Positions 1-9,556 of a stretch of DNA of 64,000 nucleotides are shown here, in pieces. Position 1 is the first letter of the stretch. Every line of letters starts with the position of its first letter. The translations under genes and the position numbers were made by a program. The stretch comes from Phycisphaeraceae bacterium (GTDB lineage Bacteria > Planctomycetota > Phycisphaerae > Phycisphaerales > Phycisphaeraceae), in assembly GCA_963674705.1 (NCBI GenBank), contig OY771506.1, positions 2,496,001-2,560,000 on the forward strand. Reading direction: 5' to 3'. The notes beneath the pieces are model-generated. The model was not told where the DNA came from. It did not search any database and saw only the letters and a list, made by a program, of their open reading frames with translations.

Positions 1-64
1 GTAGCGATTTGTCTTCTAACACCCAACCGCGCCCGTAGGCAGTTGCCCGGCTACAATAGGAGAT

Positions 65-1411
65 ATGCAGATTTTCATAAACATTTTGGAAAACACCTGG
101 TCGATGGCGCTTGCCGCCGCCCCCTGGCTGGTTGTCGGCCTGATTGTTGCCGCCTTGATCAAGGTCTATGTCTCTTCCTCCTGGATGAGTCAGTTCCTCA
201 AGGGAAAGGCCGGTGTTGTTAAGGCTGCGTTCATTGGTGCGCCGCTGCCGCTCTGTTCCTGCGGCGTGATCCCCGCGGCACTGGCGATCCGTCGGCAGGG
301 GGCATCAAAAAGCTCGGTGATGTCTTTCCTGGTTGCGACGCCTGAGACAGGCGTTGACTCGGTTGCCGTTTCTTATGCACTGCTGGGCCCGTTCCTCGCG
401 GTCGTCCGCCCGATCTCCGCCATCTTCAGCGCTATCGTCACCGGCCTGATCGGTGCCTCTATCCCCGAATCCTCAGCATCCTCCGCGGCTGAGCCCGATT
501 CATCGACCGGTTCTGGTTCCAGTGTTGGTTCAAGCACTTGCTGCTCCAGCAAGCCCAAGAAGTCCTGCTGCGAATCCGAAAAACCCAGCGAGCCCAAAGC
601 AATCTGCTGCAGCAATGAATCGCAGCAAGCTGAAGCCAAGCCCGAATCCTCGTGTTGTTCTTCCAAGGCTGAAACGCCAGAGCCGCAATCATCCTGTTGT
701 TCGTCAAAAGCCGCTTCTGAGCCAAAGTCATCCTGTTGTTCATCACAAGCCAAACCCGAGCCGGCATCATCCTGCTGCTCTTCCAAGCAGGAAGCTAAAC
801 CCGCTCCCAGTTGCTGTTCATCAAATCAGTCACACGCGGGTGCCAACAAACCCGGCCTGTTTGTCTCCATGATCGACGCCGCCGGGCAGATCATGACCGA
901 TACCGCAAAGTGGTTGCTCATCGGCTTGTTCATGGCCGGCATCATCAGTGTGTTCCTGGATGACGGCACACTCGCCAAACTTGGGTCGAGCATTTGGGTG
1001 ATGTTGCTGATGGTCGTGGTCGGTATCCCGATGTACATCTGCGCCGTCGCTTCGACGCCTCTGGCTGCGAGCCTGCTGCTGGCGGGTTTGTCGCCCGGCG
1101 CGGTGCTGGTATTCATGCTGGCAGGACCCGCGACGAACATCGCAACGCTCGGTGTTGTCAGAAATGAACTGGGCACACGCTACATGATCGCCTACCTCAT
1201 CGGTGTCTCCGCCAGCGCGATCATCTGTGGCCTGGCGACCGACGCCATCGCGAGTGCAATGGGTATCGTCGCGTCAACCCAGGCGGCACATTCCCACGAG
1301 CATGAGATGATCCCCGAATGGCTGGCAATCACGTGCCTGGTGGTACTCGTCCTCTTGGCGATCAAACCGCTTCGCATGAAGCTTACCACCCTCTCGCCGC
1401 AACCAGCCTAA
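65..1411 (+). CDS. Predicted permease (DUF318/ArsP-like, SO_0444-type metal efflux) with Cys-rich repeat insert
   Basis: Multi-TM protein with GAPLPLCSCGVIP, TPETGVDS, PMYICA and GPATN motifs; central SCCSS repeats; HSHEHE near the C-terminus. Confidence 0.85.
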   Translation: MQIFINILENTWSMALAAAPWLVVGLIVAALIKVYVSSSWMSQFLKGKAGVVKAAFIGAPLPLCSCGVIPAALAIRRQGASKSSVMSFLVATPETGVDSVAVSYALLGPFLAVVRPISAIFSAIVTGLIGASIPESSASSAAEPDSSTGSGSSVGSSTCCSSKPKKSCCESEKPSEPKAICCSNESQQAEAKPESSCCSSKAETPEPQSSCCSSKAASEPKSSCCSSQAKPEPASSCCSSKQEAKPAPSCCSSNQSHAGANKPGLFVSMIDAAGQIMTDTAKWLLIGLFMAGIISVFLDDGTLAKLGSSIWVMLLMVVVGIPMYICAVASTPLAASLLLAGLSPGAVLVFMLAGPATNIATLGVVRNELGTRYMIAYLIGVSASAIICGLATDAIASAMGIVASTQAAHSHEHEMIPEWLAITCLVVLVLLAIKPLRMKLTTLSPQPA

Positions 1412-1423
1412 AATGTCTGGCGG

Positions 1424-2764
1424 ATGTCCGACCGACGCGAAAAACTCGACGAACTGTTGGCCAAGGCCCACAAGCTGCCTGCCGTCCCGGGTGTGTACCT
1501 GATGAAAGACGCGGCTGGGGTCGTGCTGTACGTTGGTAAGGCCCTGAACCTGCCCAACCGCGTCAGCAGCTACTTCGTCCCGTCGGCCGACCTCGGCCCG
1601 AAGAAACAGCCCATGCTCGAACTCGTCGAGGACTTCGACATCATCGAGTGTGAAAGTGAATGGGAAGCACTGCTGGCAGAAAACCGGCTGATCAAGGATA
1701 TCCATCCACGCTTCAATTCCCGCCTGACCGATGGCAAGAGTTTCCCGTACCTGGTCATCACCATGCGCGACGACTTCCCGGGCGTCTTCATCACGCGCGA
1801 ACCCACCGCCCCGGAATTCAGAGGCGCGAAAGTACTCGGTCCTTTCACGAGTGTCTACGCCTTGCGTGAAAGCATCCAGCTCGCTCAACGCGTGTTCAAG
1901 TTTCGCACCTGTCACCTGGATATCCGCGAAGACGATGATTCGCGCAGGCATTTTCGGCCATGCCTGCTCTATCCGATCAAGCAGTGTACCGCCCCGTGTG
2001 CCGCGAAGATCAGCAAGGAAGCCTACCGCGAAGATATCCGTCGACTCGTGCGCTTTCTGGAATCCAAGCGTTCGGTGATGCTGCGCGAGATGCGCATGCA
2101 GATGCAGGAAGAGTCCGATGCCCAGCGTTTCGAGCAGGCGGCCGTGCTGCGCGACCAGATCAAAGCACTGGAAAAACTCGACGATCGAGGCAAAAGAGGG
2201 CAAGGCTGGCAGCCCGAGATCGAATCCTTCGTACAAGACCCACGCAAAGGCCTCGAGTCTCTTGCAAGAACACTCGGTATCAACGAGCAGATCCGCTGCC
2301 TTGAAGCGATCGACATCGCACACTTACAGGGCGGCGAAACCGTCGGCTCGAAAGTCTGCTTTGTTGATGGCCGCCCGTTTAAGAACGCTTATCGACGCTA
2401 TAAGATCAAAACCGTTGAAGGTGGCAACGATGACTATGCCTCCATCCGTGAAGTGGTCAGCCGACGCTACCGCGATGCCGGCGCAGGCCACGAACTCTAT
2501 CCCGATGTGATCCTCATCGACGGCGGACTTGGCCAACTGCACGCGGCGATGGAAGCCTTCGACCAGCTCGATGTCAAACCCCCGATGGTGATTTCGCTTG
2601 CGAAAAAAGAAGAACTCATCTACACGCAAGCCAAGAGCGAGCCTATCCGCTTGGGTCGCGAGAACCCGGGCCTGCGGCTGTGTCAGGCCATCCGCGATGA
2701 AGCCCACCGCTTCGCCCAGCACTACCACCACATCCTGCGGCGAAAGAAAACGGTGGGTGAGTAG
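1424..2764 (+). CDS. uvrC: Excinuclease ABC subunit C (short form)
   Basis: GIY-YIG (PGVYLMKD..LYVGKA), Cys-rich segment, UVR motif (FEQAAVLRDQI), RNase H-like domain (IDIAH, DDYAS, LIDGGLGQ, IRDEAHRFA). Confidence 0.93.
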   Translation: MSDRREKLDELLAKAHKLPAVPGVYLMKDAAGVVLYVGKALNLPNRVSSYFVPSADLGPKKQPMLELVEDFDIIECESEWEALLAENRLIKDIHPRFNSRLTDGKSFPYLVITMRDDFPGVFITREPTAPEFRGAKVLGPFTSVYALRESIQLAQRVFKFRTCHLDIREDDDSRRHFRPCLLYPIKQCTAPCAAKISKEAYREDIRRLVRFLESKRSVMLREMRMQMQEESDAQRFEQAAVLRDQIKALEKLDDRGKRGQGWQPEIESFVQDPRKGLESLARTLGINEQIRCLEAIDIAHLQGGETVGSKVCFVDGRPFKNAYRRYKIKTVEGGNDDYASIREVVSRRYRDAGAGHELYPDVILIDGGLGQLHAAMEAFDQLDVKPPMVISLAKKEELIYTQAKSEPIRLGRENPGLRLCQAIRDEAHRFAQHYHHILRRKKTVGE

Positions 2765-2775
2765 CTGTTTATTTA

Positions 2776-3037
2776 TAGCCGCAAATGAACGCGAATCGAC
2801 GCGAATAAAAAATCAGAATTTAATGTGCAGCAACTTTATGTCACCGAAGTATGGATGATGAATCTTCCTGACCAGCCACTATCAATAAATGGAAATCGGC
2901 CGGAGTCTTCAATGATGAGTTCCAAACTTAGTATTTAGGCTAAATACTATGTTCCAATCCTCAGTACACATGATCCGTTTGCATCTATCCGAATCAATTT
3001 GCATCTATTCGCGTTTATTAGCGTACATTTGCGGCTA
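2776..3037. repeat. Inverted-repeat-bounded intergenic element (32-bp arms) with a central palindrome
   Basis: tagccgcaaatgaacgcgaatcgacgcgaata (2776-2807) vs reverse complement of 3006-3037, 28/32 match; tagtatttag-g-ctaaatacta at 2929-2949. Confidence 0.85.
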
Positions 3038-3089
3038 ATTCACCTTCCCCCGAATTCAGGCCTCCCCCGGCATACCCGATGAACAGGTT

Positions 3090-3926
3090 GTGAGCGCAAC
3101 GACCGGTCGTATTGTGATCTTATCGGACACGCACCTTGGCAAGCCCCGAGGTGGTGCGGGGTCTGCACTGGCGTTGCGTCCACTGTGGCAGGGAGCCGAT
3201 CGGCTGATCATCAATGGTGATGTCGCCGAGATCCATGATGCCACCTTACGCACCGAGGCCGCGCGACAGGTCATGCAGATCGAACAGATGTGCGAAGCCG
3301 ACGGCGTTGAACTGACGCTGATCTCAGGCAATCACGATCCGCTGTTGACCGACCTGCGAAGTGTCGAACTGAACAATGGTGAGGTTTACCTGACCCACGG
3401 AGACGCTCTGCATCCCGCGATCTCGCCTTGGACCGATCACCGTGACCGCTTGCGCTTTTTAAATCAGCGTACGCACGATGCACTCTCTCCAAGAGAGGCA
3501 GGCTCGACTGAAGGTCATCTTGCCGCGGCGCAGTATGCCTCACACTTTACCTGGGATGAGATGGCCAAAGATCACCATCAACCCTTAAGCCGTTGGCAGT
3601 GGATGATGCAGAAGGCGATGCAGGTCATGCGCGTGATATGGTATTGGCAAACCTTGCCGCGAGCCGCTTCACGTTTTGCCAAGCAGCACGCGCCGGACTC
3701 ACGGTTCTTCGTATTTGGTCATATTCATCGCACCGGTATCTGGCGAAAAGCTGGACGCGTCGTAATCAATACCGGTGCTTACGGCTTCCCGTTCCGGCCC
3801 CGCGCAGTTGTGATCGAGAATGGTGAACTTGCCGTTTGGCCGGTCATCGGCCCGGATGAAGAGGGCACATTCCACTTCGGTCGCAAACCGATATCAAGTT
3901 TTACACTACAACGTGATGCAGCCTGA
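3090..3926 (+). CDS. Calcineurin-like metallophosphoesterase
   Basis: SDTHLG, NGD, GNHD, THGD and GHIH motifs. Confidence 0.85.
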   Translation: MSATTGRIVILSDTHLGKPRGGAGSALALRPLWQGADRLIINGDVAEIHDATLRTEAARQVMQIEQMCEADGVELTLISGNHDPLLTDLRSVELNNGEVYLTHGDALHPAISPWTDHRDRLRFLNQRTHDALSPREAGSTEGHLAAAQYASHFTWDEMAKDHHQPLSRWQWMMQKAMQVMRVIWYWQTLPRAASRFAKQHAPDSRFFVFGHIHRTGIWRKAGRVVINTGAYGFPFRPRAVVIENGELAVWPVIGPDEEGTFHFGRKPISSFTLQRDAA

Positions 3927-3931
3927 ATAGG

Positions 3932-6259
3932 TCAGGCTGCGGCCGATTTGGTAAAGTCCCGTGTCAGCAGTGGCCGCGTATTATTCGCGCTGACCGGTTC
4001 GCTGAACAGATAGCCCTGGCCGTACTGACAACTCAAACCCTGCAATAGCGCTAATTGGTTTGCTGTCTCGACGCCCTCGGCGATCACCGCCATGTCCAGG
4101 TTCTTCGCCAGTTCGATCACCGAATGCAGGATCGCGCCGTAGTAGCGTTCCTTGCGGCCGACGCTGTTGATGAAACTGCGATCGATCTTCAACACATCGA
4201 TCGGGAACTTATGCAGGCATGTCAGCGAAGAATGGCCGGTCCCGAAGTCGTCCATCGCCAGGCCAACACCCAGCTCTTTCAGTTCACCCAACACTTCGGC
4301 CATATGTTCCAGATCGTCCATCACCATCGATTCGGTGATCTCAAGGCGCAATTGTCCCGGCTTGATCTTTGTCTCCAGCATGATGGCGTTGACATGCCCG
4401 ACCAATCCCGGATCGCGTAATTGTGTGCGCGACACGTTCACATTGATGAATTCAGGCGCATAGTCCGGGCATTCTTCGCATAGCTTCACATAATCCATGC
4501 ATGCCTGCCGCATGATCCATCGGCCCATCTTCCCCATCAGACCAAGCTCTTCCGCGATATCGATGAAATCGCCGGGCGATATCTCTCCACGCCGCGGATG
4601 TGGCCAGCGGATCAGCGCCTCCAGCCCATGCAATCGACCCGTCATCAGGCACACGATCGGTTCATACACCACCTCGAACGCTTCGGTTTCCACCGCGACA
4701 CGCAGTTCATTCTCCAGCGTCAGGCGGTTCACGATGCTCTTATGCATGTGTTCATCGAACACGACGTAACGCGCTTTGCCTGCGCCTTTCGCCTGGTACA
4801 TCGCCGTATCCGCGTCACGCAGGATATCATCTGGTTTGGTATAGCGAGGATCACTGACCACGATCCCGATGCTTGCGGTTGATGTCACTTCGTGACCCAT
4901 GATCTGGTACGGTTCTTTGAATGCATCAAGCAAACGCTGCGCAACAATCGCTGCCGAATGCTCATCACGCACACCGTCCAGTAATACCACAAACTCGTCG
5001 CCCCCTAAGCGCGAAGGCAGGTGCCCGTTACCTAGGCGGGCCATGGTGTCCAGTTTACGCAGGTTTTCATGCAGACGATTCGTGATATTCAAAAGCAGTT
5101 GATCGCCTGCTTCGTGCCCGAGGCTGTCATTGATGATCTTGAACCGGTCGAAGTCCAGAAACAGCACTGCAAACTTATATCCCTCTACCCGCTCCGCACG
5201 ATGCAGTGCCTGGATCAGATGTTCGGTCAAAAGCTTACGGTTCGGCAGCCCCGTCAGGGCATCGTGGTACGCCGCGTGTCGAAGTTTTTCTTCACTCCTG
5301 CGTTGTTCGCTGATATCGTCGAACGTGATGGACAAACCATCGCCGAGTTTCACTGCTGTGTAGCGATACCAGCGCTTGTCATGCTCGAGCTTCTGAGTGT
5401 CTTCACACGGCAAGCCCGTCTCGACGACAGAAACTGCCTTGTCGAACAACCCTTCCGAGCCGAGGCATGGCAGTGTTTCTTTAAGGCGCTGCCCGACTAA
5501 TTCTTCCGTGCTTCGACCGAGTAGATGTTCCGAGGCCGGGTTGGCCGTCTGGATCAGGAAGTCCGTGATCTTGTCCATCCCGTCACGGATCGCCTGAAGG
5601 ATGAGCACGCCACCAAGTGCGCTTTCAAGGATGCTGTCCAGGATCAACGTTGAATCCCGCCTGTCCGTATTCCCGATATTCAAACGTTGAGCATGACTGA
5701 CACGCGTCTCAATCCCGGGCCGCTTCATCAATCGGATCAACGCGAAGACCAGCACGCCGACACCCATGAGCATCACGGGTTCGCTGATATAGTCCAGCCA
5801 CGGCCGGATACTTGCCGGCGGATGGAGCAGGTCCCACCAACCCAGTTGCGTACCAACATGCAGCAGCATACCGAGCAGGCATAATGACAACCCCGTAAAT
5901 AGCGGGCCGATCCCGGAGGATGTGGGTGTGATCTTTTCCCCCTTTTTGGGTATACGCGTGCAAGCGCCTTGCCGAAGCAGACGCTTGGCAGCCGAAAGTG
6001 GCAGATCGACGAATTGCAGGCCCACCAGGTAAGCCCGGAATCCGATCCGCCGACACCAGACGATACGACATTTGACCCCCAGTTGATCCTGGTCCCCGAG
6101 GTCAAAAACAACTTCTATCTGACCTTTGAGTCGCCGCTTCGTGAAGATGCGTACGCCCCCGGCTGACAAGTCAATCACCGTACCCGCGCTGCATGCAATC
6201 CCGGGGCCTTTTAGGCGGCCGTAACGCCTGTTCTCAATGCCACTACGGGATTGGTTCAT
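3932..6259 (-). CDS. PilZ-TM-PAS-GGDEF-EAL diguanylate cyclase/phosphodiesterase
   Basis: RRYGR + DLSAGG (PilZ), two hydrophobic helices, PAS-like region, HDALTGLPNR, RLGGDEF, EAL, DDFGTG, EGVET. Confidence 0.92.
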   Translation of the reverse strand: MNQSRSGIENRRYGRLKGPGIACSAGTVIDLSAGGVRIFTKRRLKGQIEVVFDLGDQDQLGVKCRIVWCRRIGFRAYLVGLQFVDLPLSAAKRLLRQGACTRIPKKGEKITPTSSGIGPLFTGLSLCLLGMLLHVGTQLGWWDLLHPPASIRPWLDYISEPVMLMGVGVLVFALIRLMKRPGIETRVSHAQRLNIGNTDRRDSTLILDSILESALGGVLILQAIRDGMDKITDFLIQTANPASEHLLGRSTEELVGQRLKETLPCLGSEGLFDKAVSVVETGLPCEDTQKLEHDKRWYRYTAVKLGDGLSITFDDISEQRRSEEKLRHAAYHDALTGLPNRKLLTEHLIQALHRAERVEGYKFAVLFLDFDRFKIINDSLGHEAGDQLLLNITNRLHENLRKLDTMARLGNGHLPSRLGGDEFVVLLDGVRDEHSAAIVAQRLLDAFKEPYQIMGHEVTSTASIGIVVSDPRYTKPDDILRDADTAMYQAKGAGKARYVVFDEHMHKSIVNRLTLENELRVAVETEAFEVVYEPIVCLMTGRLHGLEALIRWPHPRRGEISPGDFIDIAEELGLMGKMGRWIMRQACMDYVKLCEECPDYAPEFINVNVSRTQLRDPGLVGHVNAIMLETKIKPGQLRLEITESMVMDDLEHMAEVLGELKELGVGLAMDDFGTGHSSLTCLHKFPIDVLKIDRSFINSVGRKERYYGAILHSVIELAKNLDMAVIAEGVETANQLALLQGLSCQYGQGYLFSEPVSANNTRPLLTRDFTKSAAA

Positions 6260-6403
6260 GCTTGATTTATACCTGTGCGATCGCAAGGGTTTGCTCTTGG
6301 CTCATCGACACGCGGTAAGCATGACTTAATCCGTTTTCTCATAGGCACGTGGGAGAAATATATTGTTTATCACCCGGCCCAATATCCGGCAGTCGTGATA
6401 CAG

Positions 6404-7510
6404 TTATCGGTCTCGTAAAGCAAAGCGATAATCATGACCTCGGCGACGCCGATCCACCTCGACCGGTAACTGTTCTCGACGCCGGCACGATGCCCGGCAG
6501 GCATTGAGCAACATGAAACCAAGAATCAATACAAAGCCCCCGGCCATGAGTGCCAATAACGGCTCGGTCACGTCCGCAGGTGCGCCGCCGCTGATCAGTT
6601 TCATTGCTTCCACGAATGCAGCCATCAACGCCACCGCCAGCATCACCAGGCTCAGCGCAACACGTGTCCTGCCACGCATCAACATCAGCATCAGCATGCC
6701 GCCAAGCAGGCAGTACACGATCAGCGATCGGCCAAGCAAGACCGCCGCCACATCGTACGACCGTGCGAACTGCTCACGGAAGGGCACCAGTTGCAGCACG
6801 CGCTCGCTTTCGCCCCCGTGTACGCTCAAGTAATACCAGCCGCCGATAAGAACCGCGTTGATCAGCGCCACCAGGAACATCAGTGCCGGCCGATACCTCG
6901 GCTCGCTCATGCACTGATTCATCGCGATCCGCTGCTTCGCCGACTTGCGGTAGAACAGGAACGCCGCCGCACGCCAGACGCTGTTGATCTTGTGCCCCAG
7001 CAGGACGCCAACGATCCCGCCGAGGCTGTTGGCGATAATGTCCTGGATGGCCGCAACGCGACCGGGGATCAGGCTCTGCGTCGCCTCGATCATCCAACTG
7101 ATCGCAACGACCGATAACCCGGCGGTAATGATCTGCACGATATGCCTGCCGGTCACACGAGACATCGTCAGACGCAGCAACACGCCCAACGGACCATACA
7201 GCAGCAGATTCAACACCAGGTCGCTGGCCCAGTTCGGTACGCCATACGATGACACTTCGTATTTGACTTGTACCCACTGCGGGCTGCTCAGCCACGCAAG
7301 TACAGCCGGCCAAACGCCCCCGGCCTTATCCGTCAGGCCCGAGATATCCAAGCCCCACGGCAAGAGCGACCCGTACACCACCAGCGCGAGCCAGAATAGC
7401 GCCAGCATCGGCGCGCGCATCCAGCCCGGCCGTTGCCACAACGGCGGGAGGGGGGATGGGTCTACCTCCTGCGGATGGTGCTTGGTTTGGCTGAACATGC
7501 ACTGCTCCAT
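6404..7510 (-). CDS. VanZ-family membrane protein
   Basis: YGSLLPW, DLVLNLLLYGPLG, IEATQSLIPGR..DIIANSLG; multiple TM helices. Confidence 0.75.
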   Translation of the reverse strand: MEQCMFSQTKHHPQEVDPSPLPPLWQRPGWMRAPMLALFWLALVVYGSLLPWGLDISGLTDKAGGVWPAVLAWLSSPQWVQVKYEVSSYGVPNWASDLVLNLLLYGPLGVLLRLTMSRVTGRHIVQIITAGLSVVAISWMIEATQSLIPGRVAAIQDIIANSLGGIVGVLLGHKINSVWRAAAFLFYRKSAKQRIAMNQCMSEPRYRPALMFLVALINAVLIGGWYYLSVHGGESERVLQLVPFREQFARSYDVAAVLLGRSLIVYCLLGGMLMLMLMRGRTRVALSLVMLAVALMAAFVEAMKLISGGAPADVTEPLLALMAGGFVLILGFMLLNACRASCRRREQLPVEVDRRRRGHDYRFALRDR

Positions 7511-7639
7511 GGGGTCCGCTAGAACTCTATGATACCTTCACGCATGACACACGCCGGTTAGCGATTTGTCCTTGTCTCTCGCAATACCCGAGCCGGTACA
7601 ATCGCTGCGATTGACACAAACGTTCAGCGAGTCGAACCC

Positions 7640-7960
7640 ATGGCCGATCAAAATCCAATCCGTGCCGCCCTGGAGCCATCCAACGACGCAGTGCTGCTGC
7701 GGATCAAGGTGGTCCCCGGCGCCAGCCGCGACCGCGTCGTTGGCATGCTGGGAGATCGCCTGAAGGTGTCTGTTTCCGCCGCGCAGGAGGGGGGCAAGGC
7801 CAACAAGGCCGTCTGCAAACTCCTGGCAAAAGCCCTGAACATAGCGCCGCGTGATGTCAGCGTCAGCGCCGGTCAAACTCAGCCGATCAAGACGATCCAC
7901 ATCGTCGGCATTGACCTTGGCGCCGTCTCCCAACGTCTCGCCCAAGCCTGCTGCGGTTAA
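7640..7960 (+). CDS. DUF167/YggU family protein
   Basis: IKVVPGASR..LKVSVSAA.EGGKANKAV pattern. Confidence 0.88.
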   Translation: MADQNPIRAALEPSNDAVLLRIKVVPGASRDRVVGMLGDRLKVSVSAAQEGGKANKAVCKLLAKALNIAPRDVSVSAGQTQPIKTIHIVGIDLGAVSQRLAQACCG

Positions 7961-8000
7961 GGTTGCTAGGCCGCTTCAGACCCGTCATGATGGGGGTGAT

Positions 8001-8948
8001 ATGACCACCGCTCTTATTTATGACGACCGCTTTCTGAATCATAAGACCGGCCGTGGACACCCCGAAAGACCTGACCGACTCCGGGCCATCATGGAGGGGC
8101 TGAACGTCGCCGGGCTTATGAGCAAGCTCCGCCGGCCCGACTTCAATCCGGCTGACTTGGAGATCATCCACCGTCTGCACGAACCCAGCTACGTCGAGCA
8201 CTGTTTCGATGAGTGCCGCCGCCGGGCCGAGTTCATTGACACGCCGGACTCGGCTGTTTGCCCTGAAAGCGCCAATATTGCCCAGCTTGCTGTCGGAGGC
8301 GTCATCGAGGCCGTCGACCTGGTGATGGCAGGCAAGATCAACAACGCCTTCTGCGCCGTCCGCCCGCCCGGTCATCACGCCGAGGCTGCCGAATCCATGG
8401 GTTTTTGCCTGTTCGGCAACATCGCCATCGCCGCGGATTATCTCATTCAACATCACGGCCTGGACCGCGTCGCCATCGTTGACTTCGATGTCCATCACAG
8501 CAACGGCACGCAGCATATGCTGGAGTACCGCTCCGACATCCTCGTCGTCAGCATGCACCAGGAGCCGCTGACGCTCTTCCCGCACACCGGCTACATCAAC
8601 GAGACCGGCAAAGGCGAAGGCAAGGGCTTCACGCTCAACTGCCCGTTTGCGCCCGGTTGCGGGGATAGCGAGTACATGGAGGTCTTCGATTCATTGATCG
8701 TACCCAAGATCAATGAGTTCAAGCCGCAGTTCCTGCTTGTCTCCGCCGGCTTTGATGCTGCTGTTGAGGATCAACTCGCTGATATGAACCTGACGACTGC
8801 CTGCTTTGAGTGGATGTCACGCCGACTTGTCGACCTGGCGAAACAGCATTGCCAAGGCAAGATCGTCTCGGTTTTGGAAGGTGGCTACGCACTCGACGCC
8901 TTGTCCCGTGGTGTCGTCGCACACGTCAACACCCTGCTGAATCCGTAA
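8001..8948 (+). CDS. Histone deacetylase-family (Zn-dependent) deacylase
   Basis: HPERPDRL, RPPGHHA, GFC, DFDVHH.NGT, SAGFD, LEGGY; ATG at 8001 after gggggtga. Confidence 0.93.
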   Translation: MTTALIYDDRFLNHKTGRGHPERPDRLRAIMEGLNVAGLMSKLRRPDFNPADLEIIHRLHEPSYVEHCFDECRRRAEFIDTPDSAVCPESANIAQLAVGGVIEAVDLVMAGKINNAFCAVRPPGHHAEAAESMGFCLFGNIAIAADYLIQHHGLDRVAIVDFDVHHSNGTQHMLEYRSDILVVSMHQEPLTLFPHTGYINETGKGEGKGFTLNCPFAPGCGDSEYMEVFDSLIVPKINEFKPQFLLVSAGFDAAVEDQLADMNLTTACFEWMSRRLVDLAKQHCQGKIVSVLEGGYALDALSRGVVAHVNTLLNP

Positions 8949-9019
8949 AGCGTATTACCGGGCTGGAAACTCTCATAATCGATTCAACACGAGGGAAAGA
9001 ATTGCCCTACAATCGGACG

Positions 9020-9469
9020 ATGCAGGAAGTGGAGAGCGAAAAAGTATGGTACGCGGACGGCCTGAGCTTCGAATGCACGCAATGCGGCAACTGTTGCACG
9101 GGTCCGCCCGGATTCGTCTGGTTCGATGAGCAGGAGGGCGAGGCCATGGCCGAGTACCTCAACCTCTCAGTCGATGAATTCCACGAAAAATACTGCAAGA
9201 AGAAGCAGGGCAAATGGTCGCTGGACGAGGTCTCTACCCGAAACGGCTTTGACTGTGTTTTCCTGCGTCGTGATCCGGAAGGAAAATCCCTTTGTTCGGT
9301 CTATCCGGTCAGGCCCACCCAGTGCCGTACCTGGCCCTTCTGGCCGGAGAACCTCAAGACACAACGCCACTGGGCCCGCGCCGCCAGGAACTGCCCCGGC
9401 ATGCAAAAAGGCGGAACCTTCTACCCCGTCGAACAGGTCCGCATCATCCTGAACCAGAACAAGGGCTGA
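9020..9469 (+). CDS. YkgJ family cysteine-cluster protein
   Basis: FECTQCGNCC, DCVFL, CSVYPVRPTQCRTWPFW, CPG. Confidence 0.9.
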   Translation: MQEVESEKVWYADGLSFECTQCGNCCTGPPGFVWFDEQEGEAMAEYLNLSVDEFHEKYCKKKQGKWSLDEVSTRNGFDCVFLRRDPEGKSLCSVYPVRPTQCRTWPFWPENLKTQRHWARAARNCPGMQKGGTFYPVEQVRIILNQNKG

Positions 9470-9492
9470 GACCGAACAGTATCGTTGTGCTA

Positions 9493-9530
9493 ACTCCCTC
9501 TCCCCCTGGCAGAGGGCCGGGGTGAGAGCC
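9493..9530. repeat. REP-like palindrome (ccctctccc..gagggccggggtgag family)
   Basis: actccctctccccctggcagagggccggggtgagag; similar copies elsewhere in the window. Confidence 0.8.
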
Positions 9531-9556
9531 GTCTTTCCTTGAATGTTGAGCTTCAC

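Noticed and set aside
1274..2323. Long antisense ORFs over uvrC; similar ones at 15961-17022, 20458-21459 and 35500-36354
   Set aside because: Shadows of GC-biased codon usage opposite clearly identified genes
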